DNA of 64,000 bases from Botryllus schlosseri (lineage: Eukaryota), in assembly GCA_051294905.1 (NCBI GenBank), contig CM119374.1:22258001-22322000 (forward strand), read 5' to 3'. A model generated the notes under the pieces. That model made no database searches. It saw nothing but the letters and a program-made list of their open reading frames with translations, and was not told the origin of the DNA. Shown piece after piece: positions 1-9,148 of the stretch. Within the stretch, counting starts at the first letter, position 1, and each line of letters opens with the position of its first letter. A program made the translations under genes and the position numbers.

Positions 1-383
1 GATGAATGCGGTGCAAATCCAACTTGGCCTTTCACAGAATACTCAAGACGAATGTACGATCTGTTTTGTCGCCGTGATCATCTCGAGAGTGCTTGTTATG
101 AAGAAGTCGAAGACACTGCAAAGAGCTACAACTTCATCCAGGAACCAACCAACGGGAGCTGGAAACACCTCATCGAGACACTGGATTCGAGTCACATGCA
201 TTTCCGCGATCTCACAAAGTCGTGCATACAAGTTGCGCTGTTCGATCGCTTGGATGGCGGGCCTGGTAGATTCCATGAAGTTGTAGAGCCGTTCGCCCCG
301 TTCTGCGGACTCCAGTGGCAGGGCTACGATTACAACACGGCGCAATATCGCGATGTCTCTCCGTGGACAGGCATGAGTATATG
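1..383 (+). CDS. Ectodomain-GPCR copy 1, exon 1 (5'-truncated by window edge): C-terminal half of the Cys-rich ectodomain
   Basis: Frame 1 is open from base 1 (DECGANPTWPFTEYSRRMYDLFC...GVSPWTGMSIW-type sequence) and aligns with ORFs 6762, 44059 and 60850. Donor TG|GTACGT at 383/384 splits the Trp codon. Confidence 0.9.
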
Positions 384-526
384 GTACGTAAAGTGCAGTT
401 ATGAAGTAACCAAGGATTATACTCGGAGATTTGAGAATTGTCCGTGAGATCCTCAAGAGCTTATATTACAAAATGAACCGAGCCGCCAGAATATACATTG
501 TTTGGTGAATTATATCCTGTCGGACT

Positions 527-969
527 TAGGGTTGCATTTAAAACAAACGGTGTTTTGAAACACTTTGTTCAAAACATGTTTTAAACAGTGTTTCAAACAA
601 AGGCCCTTAAAAAATTTGAGATTTTTTAAGTTGTAAAATTATGTCATAATTGTGTAAATACTTTCCAAAAAACATGCACCGCGAGCCTACGGACAATTGC
701 CGCCCGATATGGCCGACGTATATCGATATGGGATGGTTGGAACCCTCGAAATTGTCGGTTCAACATTAATACTACAGATATTTCGTCAAACGAGCTACAT
801 TTACCCTAGATTTTTAATAGTCAATGTCAACCACTACGACGTCAGAATTGAAAATTCGTGATGTCATGATTTAAAAAAAAAGAAAAAAGAAATAAAAACA
901 AGTTTTAAACAAGGGCCTTGTTTTAAACATGTCTGTTTTAAATTGATTTTTGTTTTAAATGCATCCCTA
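527..969. mobile_element. hAT MITE in intron of copy 1
   Basis: 21-bp TIR TAGGG(T/A)TGCATTTAAAACAAA; perfect 8-bp TSD GTCGGACT (519-526 and 970-977). Confidence 0.92.
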
Positions 970-1235
970 GTCGGACTCATTTCCGTTATTAGACTTTTTC
1001 ACATCTTGTAATTTTATAATCATCCCGTAAGCATATTTCGTACATGTACCCGACATAGGATATAAGCCCTATGTGCAATATGTGCAACAGGCATTACCAT
1101 ATATTTCTTCGGGGCCACGAGACAAAAAGTTATAGACTACCCAACCATTTGTGGCTTCTACACGTTATTCATAACTACTTGTCAATATCATACTAGCGCT
1201 CTGTTTTTATTAGGGTATTTATCCAGTCCCGAATG

Positions 1236-1813
1236 CAGGGTTGTAACAATGTCACAAGGTTCCGAGTCACAAGTCAATCTCCCTTTTATAGTTTTGACTC
1301 GAGTCAAGTCGAGTCATTTTTAATTCACCACCGAATCAAGTCATAGTCCAAGCCAGTGAGTAGAGGGTCGAGTCCGAGTCATAGGGTTGTTACCCGAGTC
1401 CGAGTCAAAGTCATTGTCTTCACTGTTAAGTTTTGAGTTCAATCCTGTCCAATCCACTTTCTTCAGCTCTGCTCGAGGTATATAGAATGACTCGCATTCA
1501 TAATTTTTAAATTTTACTCAGTCTTAACAGTTTCTGGTCCTATTTTTAATAACCAGGACTGATTGACAAAATACCAATAATGTGGTGATTTTACTATTCT
1601 TCGAAGTTACAATGAAATGTGTGTCTTGGCCGTCCTAGTCTCGAGTCATATGACTTGCTTCGATTAATGGACAACCACACGAGTACAAGTCGAGTCAATA
1701 TCCAAATTGACTCGAGTCGAGTCGAGTCATTTAACGCAGTTGAAAAATTACTCGAGTCAAATCGAGTCACCTAAAATCGTGACTCGAGTCGGACTCTAGT
1801 CATCACAGCCCTG
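1236..1813. mobile_element. hAT MITE with GACTCGAGTC subterminal repeats, in intron of copy 1
   Basis: CAGGGTTG...CAGCCCTG ends; TSD CCCGAATG/TCCGAATG (7/8 match). Confidence 0.85.
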
Positions 1814-1891
1814 TCCGAATGCCAACATTCGATTCGACACAATAATTTTAACACACTATCGAATTCATAATGTAATTTTCTATTTTTCTAG

Positions 1892-3383
1892 GTGCCGTTC
1901 AAGCATAATAATATGCGTCCTCGTGATGGCGATAGCGGGGACCGCGACAATACTTTCCAACATCCTGATTCTGGCTGTATTTGGAACATCAGAAAGATTA
2001 CGGAATAGCCAGGCAGTTTATAAAATGTCCTTGGCCGCCGCCGACTTGATGGTGGGGTTGGTAGTTTGGCCGAATATGATTGTACTGCAATATCTGACCT
2101 TCTGGCAACCACGCGGCATGGGACCGATGATCAGAAATCCTTACCGTGAAACGAAGGATATGACACCGTACGATAACGCAAGCTTGGTGTACCGGTACGG
2201 CGGAGGCGTGTTCAGCAATATATTTCCGGATGAATATGTGCGCACAATGGGATTCTGCACCATGCTCGGTCTTATGGTGTCGATATACACTCTCATGGTG
2301 GCCAGTTTTGACCGTTTCTATGCTGTATTCAAGCCGCTTAGGTATAACCGCTTTAACGCAAAGCGACAAGCGATCATTCTTTGTGCAATTTTGTGGATCA
2401 TTTCGGTAATAGTGTGCGTATTGCCAACTTTTGTTCCTGGCTTAGTATACCAGGTGATGTCATCGATTTTGATAAATATGGAAGGATTGCCAGCGCTTGT
2501 ATTTCTCTTCGTCGCATTGTTGCTGCCACTGGTGATCACTTGGATTGTTACGTCACTCACATTTCACATGTCGCGACAACATGCCAGAGCACGCGAAAAA
2601 ATTGTGTCCGCCATATCTAGCAGCTCTCAATCATTGGAAAGGAGGCTCGCAAAAACCTTATCAATTATGGTAGGGGTATTCACTCTATCCTTGTTACCGG
2701 TAATATGCTGTACCTTAGCGGGCTTCATATCATCGAATACCGTATGGGAGCAGCCCAGAAACCTGAGCATCAGCGCTGCCACCGTATACACTACGAGTGA
2801 ATACCTGGCAATCATAATTTTGACGAGTAATAGCTTGTGGAATTGTATCATCTACAGCTTGAGAACCAGAGGCTTTCGAGAGGCGGCAGCATCCATCATG
2901 CAAGATATGGGCGAAATGTCGGGCTTTAGAAAGCTACGTCAAGGTGTTGCTAACGTGATCGATGGTGCGAGACGCGTTAGTCTTTCAACTATGATGAACA
3001 TGAGACGCTTCAGTACCCCTGATTCATCAGACTCTCGCAAAAAAAGCGTTACGTCTCTGACAGCTACGAGCAAATTCTCGGACACATCTAGTGCACGACC
3101 GAGCATGGACATTGGAGATTCGTCTGTGTTTGCAGCTTCCTCGACTGATAACACCGCCAATTCCAGATACACGAAATCCACGACAAAAGTATCGAAGACA
3201 AGTTCGGGAGTGGAAGCCAGAGCAGGGCGTAAAAAAGCTTTGAAGAAAGAAGAGAGTGAAGAATACGCGGGCGAGGACTCGACGTTTGGATCGTTTGCCA
3301 TAAATGCAGGAACTGATAGGTTGTTCGAGTCGGTAATGGAAAATGTACCGGAAGAGATCGAGATTGTTGACAGTGATGTATAG
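1892..3383 (+). CDS. Ectodomain-GPCR copy 1, exon 2: rhodopsin-class 7TM domain plus long Ser/Thr-rich C-tail
   Basis: Acceptor TTTTTCTAG|G at 1891/1892 gives in-frame W-C-R-S-S-I-I-I-C-V-L-V-M-A-I. Seven hydrophobic segments with SN (TM1), LAAAD (TM2), DRF (TM3), W (TM4), LP (TM5), LLP (TM6) and NSLWNCIIY (TM7). Stop at 3381-3383. Confidence 0.93.
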
Positions 3384-3606
3384 AAGTATAAGGAACGATT
3401 TACTTTCATTATGGCTAAATTTGTCAGGGGTTGCAGATAACAACTTCTGTGTTAGGCCGACGCATGCCCGAGTGTTATTTGTACGATGGAAGACATACAT
3501 ATTCGCGTGTTGGTTATCTGCCGTAGTGATATATGATCATGAGCTCATCGCACAGTCGATTATCGCGTATGTCGGATGGTTATAAGGATGTTCTGTAGTG
3601 TATACG

Positions 3607-3949
3607 TAGGGTTACCATGCGTCCTCTTTGTAAAGGATTTGTCCTCTTTGATTTTTTTGAAAGTGTCCTCGGAGGACGCTCAAATGTCCTGTTTTTTGAG
3701 ATTTGTCCTCTTTTTGAAAATTTCAGTTAAATAGAGGGGGAAATCCGACTGAGATACAGTAAATCAGCACTGAAGTGACGCTGCGGCGGCTATTTCGGGA
3801 ACTGAGCCGGAAAGTTGACCATTTATTTTAGTCGATCGACCACGAAATGGGAAAAATTTACCATTTTTTCAGGATTTCCATCCGGTATCGCAAGTTTGAA
3901 ATTCTGAAAAAGTGTCCTTTTTTCAGATCTCCAAAATATAGTAACCTTA
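3607..3949. mobile_element. hAT-type MITE, TAGGGTTACCA family
   Basis: Imperfect TIR and AGGAC/GTCCT subterminal repeats; related to 45135-45587 and 26876-27312. No clear TSD. Confidence 0.7.
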
Positions 3950-5037
3950 TATAAGTGGATTTTCTATTCACATATGCGACCCGACTAAATGTGTTCTCCC
4001 ATGTCATAATGATGCTGATAATATTATGCACTCATTTAGTCATTCAATTTATTCATATCGTACAAGTTTCGATTGGAATATCGTTGAGGTAATACGGCCC
4101 GTTTGCGTTTGGTTTGGTGGTACAGTGCATGGATTGTATTCGTGTTTATGATATGTACCTTACACTTATGGTTGGTTGCGTGGTCGGTTTTACATGTAAG
4201 ATGTGTTGCCTATGATCATTTCATGTATGTTGCCTATCGACAACACTGCAGTCCGTCTGAAATATAGGTATTTCTAACAGCGATTAGTATAGGTATAAGC
4301 TACGAAATCAATACGAAGTAGAACATACCACCACAGGCGTGATCAGGATGAGAATTTGTGAGGGGGCAGATTTATTTTACCGATGGCGTGTCATGTCAGA
4401 TTCATTAGGCGAAGACTTTGATAAGATTGGTGTGACAAGTCGAGCTCACTCAGTACAGTGAATCTAAATCCACCCGAGACAATATTAACCAATTCCAATA
4501 TGTCCAGCTGTTACGGACTAAATTAGAAATTTAAGTGAAACATACGTACAAATTATGCATATTTGAATATGGAAAAAGAACAAATTAGTGCGTTAAATGC
4601 GCATCGTTATCATAGCTTAACCAGTATAGCACACATCCAAGATGATATCTGGTTTGATAGGACCGGAAATTACTGCACTGACTACAGCGGATGCAACGAT
4701 AGCACCCAAAATCCGACTTCACAATTACTAAGAATATCAACAAATCATGCTGCTTCATGGTAAACTATTTCTATATCACGAGGGATATCATACTAGGAAT
4801 CCGAAAAGTTTTCGAGTTATAATAAATGTACAGACCTACTGTGGATGTCGTGATGAAATTTAATATGCGGTTTGTGCGGTACTTGATTATTACCCTGGTT
4901 CCCACGTATGCTGCCATTCCTGACATTGAAGGTCGTCCCCCATAATAACTCCAATCTTAATTTTAATCTAAACTGATATGTCAGAATCAACAGCTACTTA
5001 TATTGCAATAAAATGAACACACGCCCATGCGCTAGAT

Positions 5038-5433
5038 CAGTGGTTCCCAACGTGGGCGATATCGCCCACCAGTGGGCGACTTTGAGCCACAAAGGGGCGG
5101 AAATACCAATGGGGGCGATAGGGGGCGAAAATGTTAGAATGTCCGGTGAGATTTATTTAATTATCACTGCCAAAAATTGCACGTCAAGACGGCTTACTCT
5201 GCATATACCGCGAAATAAAGTGAATTCAACGGAAAGTAGACACGTAAAGCGGTTTTTCGAGCACCTATCACCTCGTAAAATGGCCTTTTTTAAAATAAAT
5301 TCACCAACGATCAGATTTAGGTGGATAAATTTCACGTTTATATGTCCTTTTTCGGATCTGTAAATACAGGGGGCGAAAATTTGTTTCGAGCTTGATAAGG
5401 GGGCGATGCGTCGAGAAAGGTTGGGACCCACCG
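5038..5433 (+). mobile_element. hAT (Charlie-like) MITE, deletion derivative of the 33131-34391 element
   Basis: CAGTGGTTCCCAAC TIR; TSD CGCTAGAT/CGCTAGAC; both ends match 33131-34391 in reverse orientation. Confidence 0.88.
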
Positions 5434-6821
5434 CGCTAGACGAATTTCGTGGCTTATCAGTAGGAATGTGACTGTCAGTGCCTAGCTACAGCGATACGAC
5501 TATGACTAATGACTATATGCAAAACAATAAACCCGCGTGTTTTGTCGAAATTAGTACTAACCAATACGGAGAGGACATATCTCAAATTACAAATTCGCCG
5601 CAAATTTGATTCTATCACAACCCCAAAGCGAAGATTTAAAATGATAAGTTTTCCAAAGCACAGATGCAACCAATCACGTATCCGTGCCGTCGGTCCGTAT
5701 GCACATGGCCTATTGCATGAACCATTGAGATTCCGTGCACTAATAGCGTGGCCCACGCACTAAATTGAGTGACTGCGACTTATCTATCTTGGAAAAGCAA
5801 ACGTGGCAACACATTCTACCATATCCAAGCACTAGTAACATGCAAACATCATATGGTGCTATCACATAAACTGGTGATATTTTAGGTTTCATCTCACGAC
5901 AACGAAGAAGCCGCTTGGTAGTCAGTTTCGCTCTAAAGCCATCGGAAATTCAACGCAATAAGAGCCGACGTTTTATGTAGAAGCGGGTTTGACCGACTGC
6001 TCATGCCAAAGTAATATCTCCACTCTGCAAAGTCGTCAATGGATTGAATGGCAGGGTGGCACGAACATGTAACGACGCTGTCGTGTGAGTAATAACAAAT
6101 AACAGTTGGGACTGGTATGATACATTACATTGTTTAATATTTTTCTTTTTTTTTTGTCTGTATATCTTTCTAGATAATACACATCTTGCTATCGACATAT
6201 GTCATGCATTGTGTTTTGGTCAGTTTTGTGTGCAATTAATCATCGCTACAAGATGATCAGCTTTAATCGCACAATGAGTCATTTATCTGATGATACTAAA
6301 CACAATATTCTATTGAACCACATGGAAGTTGGTAATTGCCTGAGAAAAGGGAGATCACTGGGAAACCTTAGTGATCTTTCGAATTGAGTAAGTATAATTT
6401 CTCATGTCGTGAAATCGTCTGTACCTCCTCAACGTAAATTGAAATATATAAGTTCTACTGCATTTTTTATCGTAAATTACTATACTTCTCTTCTAATGTC
6501 GAGAAAGCAAATGTTTCATTTAGACTTCATATCTAATTTAGAATATTATCATATCCTAGTAAATTTTGGCCGATCTTCGATGCATTTGATTGGAGTCCAG
6601 AATGACTGACTGTGGAACTTACCTTTTTACCTTGCTCACTGCAAAGCGCGTTGCTGTTATTAATTTAGAAGATGTTATGGATTTGGTCACCTTTCTGATG
6701 CGTTGCAGAGCTTAGAACTGATTTTAATACCGCATACTTTACTAAGTTGCTATAGAGCAGCATGATCCGTCAAAAGCAGAAGGGCGGGGAGAAAGAAGAG
6801 AGAAGAATACATGGAAGGTCA

Positions 6822-7654
6822 ATGTCAAAGTTTCTTCAGATTATTACGCTCACAATGATGCTACTTTCCTACACCAATGTTTGTAAATCGGATGTTAGCG
6901 CTAGAAATGAGACAACGCCGAAGTCCATGGAAGCCATGAATCGGCTTGTAGCAACAACAGCAGGAAACCATACGAGAATCGCATCCGTAATCCTCTCAGT
7001 CCATCAGAGTCTGAACATGAATAAGTTGACGAATTCGTCGACCAAAGAACAGAAAACAGAAAGAATTATATCAACTAACAATCACTCCGATGAAGTGGAA
7101 TTAGACAGAAAAGTTTGCATGCACTTTCCAACGCCTAAAATTGAAAACAAAGAACAATGCTGTCAACTTCTTTACAAGACGTACGCAAACGTTTGGATCA
7201 ACAGGGGACGCTACCTCGTTGTTATGCTGGAACGCTTGAAAAGATGGCGTTGCAAGGAATTTGATGATGAATGCAAACGCCCGACTTGGTCTTTTAGCGA
7301 GTACACCAGGCGTATGTACGATCTGTTTTGCAACAGGAATATAGTTGAAACGACCTGCTACGCCGATATCGCTCAAGTCGCTCAGCGGTATCAATTTGTG
7401 AACGAGTTAATCATCCCCGGCGCGATGACTTGGCAAGTTTTGATTGAGAAGCTAGACTCAAGCGCGATGAAACTCGAAGACTTGGCGACACCGTGCGTAC
7501 AAGCTGCCTTATTCGACCGAGCTGACGGTGGGGTGGGGCGGTTCCACGAAATTATCGAGCCATACGCACCATTTTGCGGTCTGCAGTGGCACGGATACGA
7601 TTTTCACACGGCGCAATTTCGCGGAGTATCGCCGTGGACCGGAATGCCTTTGTG
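6822..7654 (+). pseudogene. Ectodomain-GPCR copy 2, exon 1: signal peptide, stalk and Cys-rich ectodomain (open frame; upstream in-frame ATG at 6762)
   Basis: MSKFLQIITLTMMLLSYTNVCKS signal-like segment, four N-x-S/T sequons in the stalk, 9 Cys in the domain. Donor TG|GTAAGC at 7654/7655. Gene is disabled or truncated by a stop in exon 2. Confidence 0.85.
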
Positions 7655-7953
7655 GTAAGCCTGGGTCATATTCTCGAATGATTACACTACGGTAATTTAC
7701 ATTCTCTGTTTATCTATTAAATAATCCTTCTTCTTGGCTTTATTAAATAGAAACAACGATAATGCACATCTCACACTGTTAGGTTAAAAAAAGGTGCGCT
7801 TTACAAGCCGGAAAGATTTATCACGTTACAATGACCCATACTTCAACCGTAGAAAATATTCAAATATGAATTGCTGTATTTTCGGATATTATATATTGGG
7901 AAACTTAGCCTTGGCGCTATGACTTCTGTCAGATATATATGAATCTATTTCAG

Positions 7954-9148
7954 GTGCCGATACAGCATCATGGCATGCATTGCCTTCATGGGAGTAGCAT
8001 GCATCACAACGATCCTTGGTAACATATTCATTCTGAGCGTATTCGGGACTACCGCTAAACTGCGAGACACCCAAGGCGTTTATAAAATATGTCTCGCTCT
8101 CGCCGATTTAATGATAGGACTCGCAGTGTGGCCGAATATGATTATATTGTAATATCTCACGTTCTTCAAGCCGCGACACATGGGAGAGCTCATAAAACGA
8201 CCGTATAGTCAAACTGCCAATATGACGCCTTACGACAATAGAGATCTGGTTTACCGCTACAGCGGTGGTGAATTTGGAGACGTTTACGATCAGGATTCCG
8301 TGAGTGCAATGGGATTTTTCTCACTTCTAAGCACGATTTTATCGATTTACATACTCATGTTTGCGAGCGTGGACCGATTCTGGGCCGTGTATCGACCGCT
8401 AACGTACAACCCATACGTTGCCAAACGTCGTGCTGTCAGGCTGAGCGGATTGTTATGGTTCGTGTCTGTAGTGATCGGTCTACTCCCCGTCTTCACACCT
8501 GGATTTTCGTATAAAGTCATGAGCTCTAATTTCATATTCGCTAATGGAAAACCAGCATTCATAGTGTCGGCTGGGACTGTCTTTATCCCGCTGGTAGTGA
8601 TGTGGATTCTTACCGGGATGACATATTACGCGTGTCGGAAACATAGCCTCGCGCGAAGAAAATTAATTACTTGTCAATTCGATTCCCGGAGGGATTTGGA
8701 GACTAGACTTGCTGGCACGCTATCGATAATGGTGATGGCATTTTCCATATCGTTAGTGCCGGTGATTTGCATTACCACTGTGTGGTTTACGCCTGCTATC
8801 ACAAACTGGGAGCAGCCGCGAACGCTGAGAATAAAGAATGCGACGGCGTACACTACCAGCGAATACTTGGCGATTATCGTGTTGACAAGTAACAGCTTGT
8901 GGAATTTCTTCATATACAACTGGCGGGTAAAGGAATTTCGGAATGCTGCTATTCGAATGTTTCGGGAGAGGTTCAAACCGTACGTATTGCGCCGCAGAGG
9001 CGCAAAAGTCTACCGTAATACGAAGGGTACTCGCGGGAAGAACGCTACTAACGTGGCGCTTTCAGATAACGCGGGTAACCATCAACACCCTGCGTATGAG
9101 ACGGGAATTGGACGACGGGTCTCTACCGTTACGACCCCAGCTACTTAG
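7954..9148 (+). pseudogene. Ectodomain-GPCR copy 2, exon 2: 7TM with in-frame TAA after TM2 and a shortened C-tail
   Basis: Acceptor TATTTCAG|G at 7953/7954 gives WCRYSIMACIAF. ORFs 7970-8152 and 8180-9148 are one frame separated by TAA at 8150-8152, where paralogs have CAA (Gln). Confidence 0.88.

Noticed and set aside
1290-1805. Regular GACTCGAGTC repeats resembling an array or CRISPR
   Set aside because: They are short, irregularly spaced palindromes inside a TIR/TSD-bounded element in eukaryotic DNA, i.e. subterminal repeats with no cas genes.
1998-3500. Antisense ORFs over the GPCR exons (also 8347-8976, 40075-40692, 53687-54160, 43472-43831, 7101-7394)
   Set aside because: These are shadows of the real coding strand; their similarity between copies follows from the duplication.
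5013-5431. ORFs of 116 and 92 aa
   Set aside because: They lie almost entirely within a MITE and show no recognisable motifs.
52-9148. Reading the repeats as two-gene cassettes (separate secreted ligand plus receptor)
   Set aside because: The conserved phase-2 GT-AG junction in 4/4 copies gives an in-frame W-C-R, completes an even Cys count, and the 7TM ORFs lack their own consistent start or N-terminus. A single spliced gene is the better explanation, though this is not proven without RNA.
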